Below the pieces are notes generated by a model. The model was given only the letters and a program-made list of their open reading frames with translations. It had not been told where the DNA came from and searched no databases. 64,000 nucleotides of DNA, from NCBI GenBank assembly GCA_963823555.1, contig CAWGMA010000001.1, positions 128,001-192,000 on the forward strand. The letters are read 5' to 3'. This DNA comes from Candidatus Eiseniibacteriota bacterium (GTDB lineage Bacteria; Eisenbacteria; RBG-16-71-46; CAVPCR01). The translations under genes and the position numbers were made by a program. Position 1 is the first letter of the stretch, and each line of letters starts with the position of its first letter. Positions 55,801-64,000 of the stretch are shown piece after piece.

Positions 55801-57150
55801 GATGAGGACCCCGAGGCGGAGATCCTCCTCGTCGCCGCTCCCGACCTGTACGTCTTCGACGCGGGAGAGGAGTGGTATCCCGTCTACTACCAGGGCGGTG
55901 TACGCAGCACGAGCCTCGCGCTGGGGGACGGAAACAACGATGGCCGCGTCGAGGTCGTGGTGCGGTCGGGAGAAGAGACCATCGTTCTCTCGGCCCGGGA
56001 TGCGTCGGTCCCGGGGCCCGTGCCGCCCTCCGGCCTGCGCGCCCGAATCGCCGCCGACGGCGCCGTCGAGCTGGCCTGGAATGCCAGCGCCGAGCGCTTC
56101 CGTGTCTACCGTCGTGCCGGGCCCACAGTCGATTGCGCTGAAACGCCGTTTATTGCGGAGGTGCCAGGACCCGCTTTCCGCGACACCGCGGTCACTGCCG
56201 TGCCCGAGGTGACCTACCGCGTGAGCGCTCTCGCCGCCGACGCCGAGGGCCCATGTTCTCCCCCGCTCACCGTGGTGCGGAGCGCGGCACCGCGTCTGCT
56301 CGAGGTCGTTCCCGAGCAGGCGCGCCTCCTCAGGCTGGTCTTCTCCGAGCCGATGGATGGGACGGCCGACCGGCTCGAGAGCTATTCCCTTGCCGATGGC
56401 GGTGGCGAGTCGGTCCCGCTGTCGTCGGTGCTCGCGGCGATGGGGGGCCGGGCGCGTCTCCTCGTCACCGCGCGCGACCTGGAGCCGGAGGAAGCCTACG
56501 CGGTCCGCCTGGGGGCGTTGCGTTCGGCATCCGGCGTGCCGCTGGCCGGGAACACGGAGATCGAGTTCACGGTGCCCCGCGAGGTCCGGCGTCTGACTCC
56601 GCTGCATGTGATCTCGGCCACCGGCGTGGCCGGGACCGGGGTCATCCGTCTGGCGCTCTCGGCGCCGCCAGATCCGCTCCTGGGCACCGATCCGGCAAGC
56701 TACCGCGTGGGCGGCGATCTCCGCGTGACCGCCGCCGCCGTCGACGGCAGCGCGGTGCGCCTGGAGCTGGATCCGGCCACGGTGCTCCACCCGGGGATCT
56801 TCGCCGTCGGCCTCGACCCGGCGCTCAGGGGGGTGGGTGGTGAGGTCGTGGTGCCCGGCCAGGGAGACCAGGTCGAGCTCGTGATCGGCGGCGAGATCGT
56901 GGCCTATCCGAACCCCTATTCGAGCGCACGCGCGGCCGCTGGTGGGGTGACCTTCGTCGGCCTCGGTGCCGGCGATCGGGTCATCCTGCTCGATGTCCTG
57001 GGTCGGGAAATATTGCGAGTGGACGCAGCCAACGACGGAACGGCGTTTCTCTCCGTGCGCGGGAACTCGGCCCTGGCCAGCGGCGTCTACGTCTATCGCG
57101 TGGAGGGATCCGGCGGCACACGCACCGGGAAGCTGGCCATCGCCCACTGA
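52822..57150 (+). CDS. Large secreted S8 peptidase with FG-GAP repeats and T9SS-like CTD
   Basis: VAVIDTG, HGTAVAG, SGTSFAAP; GDxDGDG repeats; YPNP...LASGVY...GKLAI. Confidence 0.9.
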   Translation: MGGAPARRSRPGRAGCAIGLVALLLGSALVPSAAHAGPGELLIRLRPPARPEGAAKEGGRLVPLLESSRLIAEISAELPDAVAATLVGAEPLLAARRVPEGFSAAAENAREPLARTFVLRLEAGTDPEPVAAAIAGLAAIEIAIPNRAIPVDDARQAAADSDPRRNEQWYLDRVGVAEAWAVTRGDASVLVAVIDTGIDPHGDLAANLWRNDDAPGNASPLDDGFDQDGSGIVEDWEKDDDDDNGYVDDERGYDFVDAPRIGGPGDAVDRDTDPSDDSGHGTAVAGVIGAVADNGIGIAGLAPGCTLMPVRAGFNPGLGAFAGVLEEDDAAAAIVYAAENGARVINMSFGDTLSSPILADAIAYAQSLGAVLVASAGNSGTMGMHYPSGLAGVLAVGASDFTERRAAFSSHGATLDLLAPGEGILTTARIGGGDDYVRLSGTSFAAPLAAAAAALLLSHAPELTAEDVVASLTGSTADLGAPGFDLDTGHGRLDAGRALTLSRSASVAIHSPAAGSGIDRTVPLVVTAEGLRLREFVVEVGEGREPASFEEVVRASGRQVVADTVAIWDATGLPAGEYQLRLRALDAVEGWRETRALVTVDHTAPSILHAGAVPLWVEDRVQPFIFFTTDDLARGVVDLVRAGGAERRIDEAFFTQDHVLRVPEDVSPGALTATVGAANAAGLRSTGPELAFYLGAERARTHALTDTGARLPPGETAPAIADLDADGAGDLVMMLPPADPGSIFGPLAIFEQEEGAAWVERLVLPYDLLPRAVGDADGDGRMEILASAAGTSWLLESSHPGGYPDRVVWADTTASAGFAIGFAALGDPAGPALLAIRGDSLLVHRPTGDSGSWRRTAVGNFSGQPWSLAPTFFAGDVDGDGVVELVIGDAGGNVLAYRAGADTPSGLIPAYSFALPARANPRLAGGDVTGDGRPEIAVDQGLDLEISSEALLERRRHLLLVLAAEPISGFTVVESIGIAGAEAGGNALRMASIDEDPEAEILLVAAPDLYVFDAGEEWYPVYYQGGVRSTSLALGDGNNDGRVEVVVRSGEETIVLSARDASVPGPVPPSGLRARIAADGAVELAWNASAERFRVYRRAGPTVDCAETPFIAEVPGPAFRDTAVTAVPEVTYRVSALAADAEGPCSPPLTVVRSAAPRLLEVVPEQARLLRLVFSEPMDGTADRLESYSLADGGGESVPLSSVLAAMGGRARLLVTARDLEPEEAYAVRLGALRSASGVPLAGNTEIEFTVPREVRRLTPLHVISATGVAGTGVIRLALSAPPDPLLGTDPASYRVGGDLRVTAAAVDGSAVRLELDPATVLHPGIFAVGLDPALRGVGGEVVVPGQGDQVELVIGGEIVAYPNPYSSARAAAGGVTFVGLGAGDRVILLDVLGREILRVDAANDGTAFLSVRGNSALASGVYVYRVEGSGGTRTGKLAIAH

Positions 57151-57198
57151 GCGGAACGCGGGCTTGTCCCGTGGTTCGCTCCCGGCCTAGAATGTCGC

Positions 57199-58317
57199 GT
57201 GGGATTCTCCGATATCCTCGAGCAGGATGGCGCCAAGCGCCAGCTCCAAGCCGCCCTCCGATCCGGCCAGGTTCCCGGGGCGCTCCTCTTCCACGGTCCG
57301 TGGGGCGTGGGCAAGACGCGAACGGCCCTGGTCTTCGCGCGTGCCCTCAACTGCGAAACCGAGACCGGGGACGCCTGCGAGGCCTGCCCCTCCTGTCGGA
57401 AGGCGGCCAAGTTCAGTCACCGCGACTTCCGCTTCGTCTTCCCCTGGCCCGCTTCCGGCAAGCCGGAGGAGATCGAGAGCGAGGAGACCGAGGCCCTCCG
57501 CGGGTGGTCGAGCGATCCCTTCTATCTGCCGCCCGCCGATCGCTTCGCCTCGATCACGATCGACAAGGTGCGTGAGCTCAAGCGACTCGCCGGGTTCAGC
57601 CTGGCGGAGGGCCGCCACAAGATCTTCGTCGTGCGAGAGGCCGATCGCATGCTCGCCGTGCAGCAGAATGCGCTCCTCAAGCTGCTCGAGGAACCGCCAC
57701 CGGATACCCACCTCGTCCTCACCACCTCGCGCCCGCAAGCTCTTCTTTCGACCATTGTCTCCCGCTGTCAGGGCGTGGCCTTCGCGCCGCTTGCGACCGC
57801 GACGATCGCCGCGGTCCTCGGTCGGGAACGAGGGTTGGGTCCGGCGCGAGCCCTGGTGGCGGCGGGGATGGCCGCAGGGAGCCTGGGCCGCGCCCTGCTC
57901 CTGGCAGGGGAGGAGGTCGAGCAGGTGAGGGAGGCCGCGCTCGAGCTCCTGGCAGTTGCTCTCAAGGGCGGACCCCGAGTGGGCGCGCTCGCCCAGGAAC
58001 TGGCCCAGGGGAAGGACCGCGGGCGGCTCCGGCTACTCGCCACCGTGCTCGCCCTCTGGCATGGGGACCTCTTGCGGGTGCGTGCAGGCTTGCCTCCGGA
58101 TCGGCTGACCAACTCCGACCTCGCGCGGCGGCTGGCCCTCGAGGCGGCCGATCTCGATCTCCCGCTCATCCGGCAGCGCGTTCAGCTCTGTGAGGCAATG
58201 ATCGAAGCGGTTGACCAGAGCGCCAACCTGGCGGTAGCGGTCCACTGGTTCCTGGTCGGCCTCGCCGACCCGGCCTCGGCCCGGATCTCGCTGCTCGAGA
58301 TGGGCGTGGGGGGGTGA
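57199..58317 (+). CDS. holB: DNA polymerase III delta' subunit
   Basis: LLFHGPWGVGKT, ALNC..ACEACPSC, NALLKLLEEPP, TIVSRCQ. Confidence 0.9.
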   Translation: MGFSDILEQDGAKRQLQAALRSGQVPGALLFHGPWGVGKTRTALVFARALNCETETGDACEACPSCRKAAKFSHRDFRFVFPWPASGKPEEIESEETEALRGWSSDPFYLPPADRFASITIDKVRELKRLAGFSLAEGRHKIFVVREADRMLAVQQNALLKLLEEPPPDTHLVLTTSRPQALLSTIVSRCQGVAFAPLATATIAAVLGRERGLGPARALVAAGMAAGSLGRALLLAGEEVEQVREAALELLAVALKGGPRVGALAQELAQGKDRGRLRLLATVLALWHGDLLRVRAGLPPDRLTNSDLARRLALEAADLDLPLIRQRVQLCEAMIEAVDQSANLAVAVHWFLVGLADPASARISLLEMGVGG

Positions 58318-58389
58318 GGCGGTCCCGGGGCTCGGTGGCCCTCCGGGATCCCACTGGCCCCCAAGTCTTTGGAACCCGGCCGGTTAGGG

Positions 58390-58418
58390 TTGACGGCGGG
58401 GCGCCCCTATGGTAAATT
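58390..58418 (+). promoter_or_regulatory. Sigma70 promoter
   Basis: TTGACG-N17-TAAATT with extended -10 TG. Confidence 0.7.
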
Positions 58419-58563
58419 ATCGACCGAGCGGAGGAGCTTTCCCCGAGCGTGGGGCCCCGGCCACTCCGCACCTGCGGCTCAGTCGATGTCGATCCTGGCC
58501 TTGCCTTCGTCGATCCCGGCCGTAGCATCCAGTCCGAAGTCACCAGCATCTAAGGAGACAGCA

Positions 58564-59601
58564 ATGCGCGCTTTGTTTGCGGTTGCCCTGGGCTTGGTCA
58601 TGAGCACCTCGGCCTTCGCAGTCTTCGATGTCCAGAATCCCGGCGATGCCAATCCTGGCACCATGATTCCGGATGCCCTGGTTCCCTGCACCGACGATGT
58701 CTTCTGCTCGAGCTACACGGAGCAGGCTGGCGGCTACGTCGCCGACGGCGAGTGGAACCCGGCCTCCAACTCGAGCGGCTTCATGACGACCGGCGGCATC
58801 CTCGTCATCGTCGACGCGATCTGCCAGCCTCTGGTCGAGATCCCCTGCTCGGGCCCGAACTTCGATCTCAGCGTCCCCCGCGGCTTCGCCTGGGACAAGG
58901 ATGCTGCGAGCGGCAAGTTCTGGGTCGGCAGCTGGGTTGGCGCCACGACGGTCGGTCTCATGCACATGGACGCCCTCGGCAACGAGATCGCTTTCTATCC
59001 GATCCCGGATCCGGGCACCGGGCTCAACATCCAGCCCTCGGGCCTGGCCATGGACTATTCGACCGGGTACCTGTGGGCCATCCTCCGCAACAACCCGGCC
59101 GGAACGGTCTCGCGCTTCATGGTGTTCGATACCAACGTTCCCGATGGCACCCAGCCCGTCGTGCTCGGCGGCCCGTGGGATACGCCATGGAACGGCGGCC
59201 CGAGCGCGGTGAGCTCGGCCGGTCTCGAGTACCGCCAGGAGGACTGCACGATCGTCGCCCTGCGCCAGGATTCGAACAACCTCGGTGTGACCGAGCTCAC
59301 CAACTTCCAGGACGTTGGCATTGCGGCGCCCACGCTCCTTGGCTTCTGCAGCGTCGTGAACACGCCCTGCACGGGTGCCGGCGCTGGTTCGAACCGCCCG
59401 TGGGGGATCTCGCTCTCCGAGGATCCTGCTTTCGGTGCCTACGTGCTGTACTCGGATCTGAACCTCGCCGTGGGGTGCGGAACGATCGATCAGCCGCAGG
59501 ACTTCCACATCATCGCGCTGCCTCCGTTCCCCGGCGAGTGCGGGGCGACGGCGGTCGAGCCTTCGACCTGGGGCAAGATCAAGCACGACTACAACAGGTA
59601 G
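58564..59601 (+). CDS. Secreted Cys-containing hypothetical (possibly beta-propeller) protein with TWG tail
   Basis: TAAGGAG RBS; signal peptide ..SAFA; GFAWD/GLAMD/GLEY repeats; ends TAVEPSTWGKIKHDYNR. Confidence 0.78.
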   Translation: MRALFAVALGLVMSTSAFAVFDVQNPGDANPGTMIPDALVPCTDDVFCSSYTEQAGGYVADGEWNPASNSSGFMTTGGILVIVDAICQPLVEIPCSGPNFDLSVPRGFAWDKDAASGKFWVGSWVGATTVGLMHMDALGNEIAFYPIPDPGTGLNIQPSGLAMDYSTGYLWAILRNNPAGTVSRFMVFDTNVPDGTQPVVLGGPWDTPWNGGPSAVSSAGLEYRQEDCTIVALRQDSNNLGVTELTNFQDVGIAAPTLLGFCSVVNTPCTGAGAGSNRPWGISLSEDPAFGAYVLYSDLNLAVGCGTIDQPQDFHIIALPPFPGECGATAVEPSTWGKIKHDYNR

Positions 59602-59640
59602 TCGCCTGAGAGCACGGAGCGAGAGCTCCGGGCGAAATGC

Positions 59641-59672
59641 AGAGCGCGGCGGGGGTGACCCCGCCGCGCTCT
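59641..59672. terminator. Terminator between convergent genes
   Basis: Perfect 14-bp stem AGAGCGCGGCGGGG-GTGA-CCCCGCCGCGCTCT. Confidence 0.78.
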
Positions 59673-59698
59673 TGCTGTTGGCGCTCGCTTGCGATCGG

Positions 59699-61402
59699 TC
59701 AGGCCGGCGCCGTCTCCTCGAGCGCTCCCTCGAGCTCCTCGCCGACCCGCGTCTCGATCTCAGCGGCCGCGTGCTCGGCGCGAGCCAGAGCCTCGTTGGC
59801 CTGGGCCAGTGTTTCCTGTGTCCAGCCCGCGTCGCGAATCGACTTCAGATTGATGAGGACGTTGTAGTAGGCGCCGCGCGCCGCGGCGCGTGCGGCCAGG
59901 GCCGCCACCCCGGCGTCGCTCCGCGCGTTGGGGTTGCCGTGCTCGGCGGCGCGGCGGGCGAGTGCGAGCACGGGGATCGTGCGCTCGAGGACGGAGAGGG
60001 GCACTCGCGTGGCATCCTTCGTTGCCTCCTGGACGGCGCTCTCCCGGGCGGCCTTGTCCTCGGCGCTGGCTCCCGGCAGGCGGAAGGCCGCCATCACGGC
60101 GTTGAACGCATCGGTGTCGCGATCGACGGCAGCCAGGAAGAAATCCTTGTGCTCCTGGCCGGCGACGGCGAGTGCTTTCATCTCCTCCGACACGTCCTCG
60201 TGCCCCTTCTTGCCGACCGTCAGGTTGGCCACCATGGCGGCGAGCGCCGCGGCGAGGCCGCCCATGAGCGCGGCGACACTGCCGCCGCCCGGGGCCGGGG
60301 CGTCGGTCGAGAGCTCATCGACGAAGTCGCCCACGGCCATGGTCACGAGCCGGCCGCGTTCACCGGCCGCGACCTGGTACTCGATGATCTTCTTCGTTGC
60401 ATCGAACGGGCCGAGGTCATCGAGGCCGAGTGACTGGACCGCGACCCGCACGAGTTCGGCCTCCGGCACCCCCGGCGACTTGCCCTGCGCCTCGAGGTAG
60501 AAGCGTCCGGCCATGAGCATGGCCTCCTTCGGGATCAGCCCGACCAGCTCCGATCCGGTGACGCGAAGCCCACGCCGGCGCGCCTCCTTGCGCACCTCCT
60601 CGAAGGCGATGTGCGGCGGCGTGGTCTTGAAGTCGATGAGATTGATCGAGACCTGGGCCAGCTTCTTCTCGGCGATCACCCAGCCCACCGCCTTGACGGC
60701 GCGCAGGGCGCCGGGGACGCGGAGCGCCGCGCCGTTGACGTCGCGGAGAATCTCGCCCTTCTCGTTGCGCTTCACCCGTCCGGTCTCGCGGATGGTGAGC
60801 GCGATGTCATGGGCGAGGGCACGATCCATGGTGTTCAGGTTGACGTTGTAGGCGATCAGAAACTGCCGGGCACCGATCACGGTGGCGCCGCTCCGCGCGT
60901 TCAGGCGTGCCGGCCCGAAGTCGGGCTTCCACTCCGGGCGCTCGAGCTTGGCGGCCAGCCCCTCGTACTCACCCTCGCGAACGACGGCCAGGTTCTGCCG
61001 CCCGGGACGCGACGCGGCGTGCTCGTAGAGATAGACCGGGATTCCGAGCTCTTCGCCGACCCGCTTTCCGAGGCGGCGCGCCAGCTCGGCGCACTCCTCC
61101 ATCGTCACTCCGGAAACCGGCACGAAGGGGCAGACATCGGTCGCTCCCATGCGGGGGTGGGCGCCGCGATGCTTTGTCATGTCGATGAGCTCGGCGGCGG
61201 CGGCGATGCCGCGAAAGGCTGCCTCGAGCACGGCATCCGGTGCGCCGACCAGCGTGACCACGGTGCGGTTGGTATCGGCGCCGGGATCCACGTCCAGGAG
61301 CTTGACCCCCTGAGCCTGGGTTATGGCCCGCGTGATGGCATCGATGATGCCGCGATCGCGACCTTCGGAGAAGTTGGGAACGCACTCGACGAGCTTGAGC
61401 AT
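59699..61402 (-). CDS. ftcd: Glutamate formiminotransferase / formiminotetrahydrofolate cyclodeaminase
   Basis: LVECVPNFSEGRD, HPRMGATDVCPF, AYNVNL, PAPGGGSVAAL, GNPNARSDAGV. Confidence 0.94.
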   Translation of the reverse strand: MLKLVECVPNFSEGRDRGIIDAITRAITQAQGVKLLDVDPGADTNRTVVTLVGAPDAVLEAAFRGIAAAAELIDMTKHRGAHPRMGATDVCPFVPVSGVTMEECAELARRLGKRVGEELGIPVYLYEHAASRPGRQNLAVVREGEYEGLAAKLERPEWKPDFGPARLNARSGATVIGARQFLIAYNVNLNTMDRALAHDIALTIRETGRVKRNEKGEILRDVNGAALRVPGALRAVKAVGWVIAEKKLAQVSINLIDFKTTPPHIAFEEVRKEARRRGLRVTGSELVGLIPKEAMLMAGRFYLEAQGKSPGVPEAELVRVAVQSLGLDDLGPFDATKKIIEYQVAAGERGRLVTMAVGDFVDELSTDAPAPGGGSVAALMGGLAAALAAMVANLTVGKKGHEDVSEEMKALAVAGQEHKDFFLAAVDRDTDAFNAVMAAFRLPGASAEDKAARESAVQEATKDATRVPLSVLERTIPVLALARRAAEHGNPNARSDAGVAALAARAAARGAYYNVLINLKSIRDAGWTQETLAQANEALARAEHAAAEIETRVGEELEGALEETAPA

Positions 61403-61526
61403 GGGTCTCCTCTGTGCCAGACCGGTCCCCGAATCCTTGGCGCGGCCCGGGTCGACAGGCATGTTACGGAGGCCAAGCGGGATGTCAAGGCGGCGGGAAT
61501 GCGATACCGGCGCCGATCGCGACGCG

Positions 61527-63440
61527 CTAGGCGGTGGCCCGGGCCAGCGTGCGCTCGCGCCCGGCTTCGAACTCTTCGAGGACGAAGATCTTGTACCAGA
61601 CCGCCAGGTTCACCAGCGACCACAGGATGTGGTTGTGGTTGTGGGTGCGAGCCAGATGCTGGCTGATCAGGCGGTTCACCACCTCGACGTTCAGGTGGTT
61701 GCGGATGACCGGTGATCCATTGAGGAGGTCGCGCATGTAGTCGCGAAGCTCCTCGCGCAGCCAGTTCTTGATCGGGAAGCTGTAGCCCTGCTTCTTCCGA
61801 TTCACGATGTTCTCCGGCAATCGGCCCTTGAGCGCTTCGCGCAGGATCGCCTTGGTGGTGAGGCCCTTCAGCTTGTAGCGTCCGGGAATCGAGGCCGCGA
61901 ACTGCACCAGCTCGAAGTCGAGGAGCGGCACGCGCACCTCGAGCGCGACCGACATCGACATCTTGTCCACCTTCATGAGGATCGAGTCGGCCATGGTGAG
62001 GCGGAGGTCGACGTAGATCTCGCGGTCGAGCCGATCCCGCCCGCCGACGTGGGTCAAGCAGCGGGCGACCGGCTCGAACGGGCTCTCGTCGATGACGTCG
62101 AGCACGTGCGGCTGGAAGAGCTTCCTGGCGAGCCCGGGCTCGAGGAAGTACTGCCAGCGCATGTGGCCGCCGGCCGCCGGCATCTCCGCTCCTTGCACGA
62201 AGCGCTTGACGATGTTGATCGGGCCCTTCTTCTGCCGCTGGTCGGGGAGCGCGTGCACCAGCGGCGAGATCAGATAGCGGCGGAGCGCCGCCGGCACCCG
62301 CGAGTAGACCTGCTCGTTGAAGCGTGCCGCCCGGAAGCGATCGTAGCCGACGAAGGACTCGTCGCCGCCCTCTCCGGAAAGGCAGACCGTGACCTCCTCC
62401 CGGGCCCGCCGGCTGATGAGCAGGAAGGGGATGGTCGAGAGGTCGGTCATCGGCTCATCGAGGAAATAGGCGGCGGTCTCGATCAGCGGGATCGAGATCG
62501 GATCGATCATGAGCTCGCGGTGCGTCAGGTTGAACTGGCGAGCCACCTGCCGGGCGAAGGGTAGCTCGGAGAAGGTCGGGTCGGCATAGCCCAGCGAGAA
62601 CGCCTTGAGCTCCCCGGCGATGTACGGGCGCATGAAGGCGACGATGGCGCTCGAGTCGGTGCCGCCGGAGAGAAAGACGCCGAGGGGCACGTCGGCGATC
62701 AGCCGCCGCTTGACCGCAGCATCCAGGTGGGCGGCAAGCCCGTCGCGGTAGTAGGCCTCGTCGTGGCCGTCGCCCTCGAACTCGACATCCCAGTAGCGGA
62801 CGATCTCCGGAGCGGCACCCGGCTTGAGGATGAGGTAGTGGCTTTGCGGCAGCTTGTGGATACCCTCGAACATCGTGCGCGGCGCCGGCACGAACTCGTA
62901 GCCCAGGTAGTCGAATACCGCCTGGGGATCGGGGGTCCGCGGCACCTCCGGCGCGCAGAGGATGGCCTTGATCTCGGAAGCGAACAGGAATCGGCCACCT
63001 TTCCACCAGTAGTAGAGCGGCTTGATGCCCAGGCGGTCCCGAGCGATGAAGATCTCACCCGTGCGCGAGTCGTGGATGGCGAAGGCGAACATGCCGTTCA
63101 GGCGGGCCAGGCAGTCCTTCCCCCACTCCTCGTAGGCCTTGAGAATGACCTCGGTGTCGGTGCGCGAGCGGAAGGTGTGGCCGCGAGCCTCGAGGTCGGC
63201 GCGCACCTCCTGGAAGTTATAGACCTCGCCGTTGTAGATGATGCGGAGGGTTCCCGAGTCGTTGACCATCGGCTGGATTCCGGCAACCGACAGGTCGAGG
63301 ATGGAGAGTCGGCGGTGACCCAGGGAGACACCGCTGCCGACCCAGATCCCATCCTGGTCCGGGCCGCGATGAGCGATGGCATCGGTCATCCGCGCGCACA
63401 GGCCACGATCTTCCCAGTTGAAACCGGCGATTCCACACAT
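61527..63440 (-). CDS. asnB: Asparagine synthase (glutamine-hydrolysing) / amidotransferase
   Basis: MCGIAG, HRGPD, GHRRLSILDL, FLSGGTDSS, LSGEGGDE, LEVRVPLLD. Confidence 0.93.
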   Translation of the reverse strand: MCGIAGFNWEDRGLCARMTDAIAHRGPDQDGIWVGSGVSLGHRRLSILDLSVAGIQPMVNDSGTLRIIYNGEVYNFQEVRADLEARGHTFRSRTDTEVILKAYEEWGKDCLARLNGMFAFAIHDSRTGEIFIARDRLGIKPLYYWWKGGRFLFASEIKAILCAPEVPRTPDPQAVFDYLGYEFVPAPRTMFEGIHKLPQSHYLILKPGAAPEIVRYWDVEFEGDGHDEAYYRDGLAAHLDAAVKRRLIADVPLGVFLSGGTDSSAIVAFMRPYIAGELKAFSLGYADPTFSELPFARQVARQFNLTHRELMIDPISIPLIETAAYFLDEPMTDLSTIPFLLISRRAREEVTVCLSGEGGDESFVGYDRFRAARFNEQVYSRVPAALRRYLISPLVHALPDQRQKKGPINIVKRFVQGAEMPAAGGHMRWQYFLEPGLARKLFQPHVLDVIDESPFEPVARCLTHVGGRDRLDREIYVDLRLTMADSILMKVDKMSMSVALEVRVPLLDFELVQFAASIPGRYKLKGLTTKAILREALKGRLPENIVNRKKQGYSFPIKNWLREELRDYMRDLLNGSPVIRNHLNVEVVNRLISQHLARTHNHNHILWSLVNLAVWYKIFVLEEFEAGRERTLARATA

Positions 63441-63450
63441 GATCGAGCGC

Positions 63451-64000
63451 TCAGCGATCCAGGTACTTGTTGTCGCGGTACCAGCGCCCGGTGGCGGCAA
63501 GGCCGGTCGCCAGGTCGACTCGCGGCTCGTAGCCGAGTTCGGCGCGGGCGCGCGCGATGGAGAAGGCGCGGTTCTGGCGGAACCAGTCGACGCGCCGGCG
63601 GAACAGGGGCGGTTCGACGCCGAAGGGCAGGCAAACGCCCTCGCAGGCCAGCGCAGCGAGCCACAGCGGCCGGAACGGGAGCTTGATGATCTTCACCGGC
63701 ACATCGATGGCGACGCCGACGGCCCGCACCAGGTCTTCGAGCGTGTAGTACTTCTCGTCGGCAATGAGATAGGTGCGGCCGCGTGCGCGTGGAGTCTCGG
63801 CGGCAAGCTCGAAGGAGTCGACCAGGTTGTCGATGTAAACCGGGTGATAGTGCGTCTGGCCGTTCCCGAACATGTAGAAGCGGCCCTTGGCTGCTTCCCG
63901 GAAGAGGATCAAGAACCGTCCGGGATCACCGGGGCCATAGATAGCCGTGGGGCGGATCACCGTGGCATCGAGACCCTTGGCGAAGTAATCGACAAGCACC
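63451..64000 (-). CDS. NAD-dependent epimerase/dehydratase, C-terminal part
   Basis: VIRPTAIYGPGD, VYIDNLV, ARAELGYEP; runs off the window edge. Confidence 0.85.
   Translation of the reverse strand, partial: VLVDYFAKGLDATVIRPTAIYGPGDPGRFLILFREAAKGRFYMFGNGQTHYHPVYIDNLVDSFELAAETPRARGRTYLIADEKYYTLEDLVRAVGVAIDVPVKIIKLPFRPLWLAALACEGVCLPFGVEPPLFRRRVDWFRQNRAFSIARARAELGYEPRVDLATGLAATGRWYRDNKYLDR

Noticed and set aside
61527..64000. asnB/epimerase locus as the exosortase-type partner of the TWG tag
   Set aside because: Such amidotransferases are common in polysaccharide loci and no exosortase is visible; proximity alone is not evidence.

Overview
High-GC (roughly 68% by eye) bacterial chromosomal window with about 48 CDS. 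I found no rRNA, tRNA, CRISPR array or mobile element. A PorV-like protein, FlgD/T9SS-like C-terminal domains and repeated TWGxIK tails suggest an FCB-related candidate lineage such as Ca. Eisenbacteria or Krumholzibacteriota (inference). Routine content: two TolC/MFP/RND efflux operons (one Cus-like, followed by a CopA ATPase), NupC, YggX, EttA, RlmN, HolB, FTCD, AsnB, two ROK kinases and three large secreted proteases. Three things stand out. (1) At 39.6-46.3 kb a small secreted peptide with a repeated GDPDE motif precedes a TPR-GAF-sigma54 activator. Two tandem sigma54 promoters follow. The first drives an unannotated ~285-nt structured RNA with a 9-bp kissing loop and its own terminator; the second drives a lipoprotein/DUF4384 operon. 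This looks like an undescribed peptide-sensing, sigma54-sRNA circuit. (2) A radical SAM gene whose apparent TGA stop reads C-U-A-E-P and is followed by a SECIS-like hairpin, i.e. a hidden selenoprotein. (3) Six secreted proteins from three unrelated families share the C-terminal tag [TA][AP]VEx[ASG]TWGxIKxx[YF], a likely protein-sorting signal; four of them are paralogs, two with duplicated promoters. Two single-base frameshifts suggest assembly errors. All family calls are by-eye motif recognition, not database searches.
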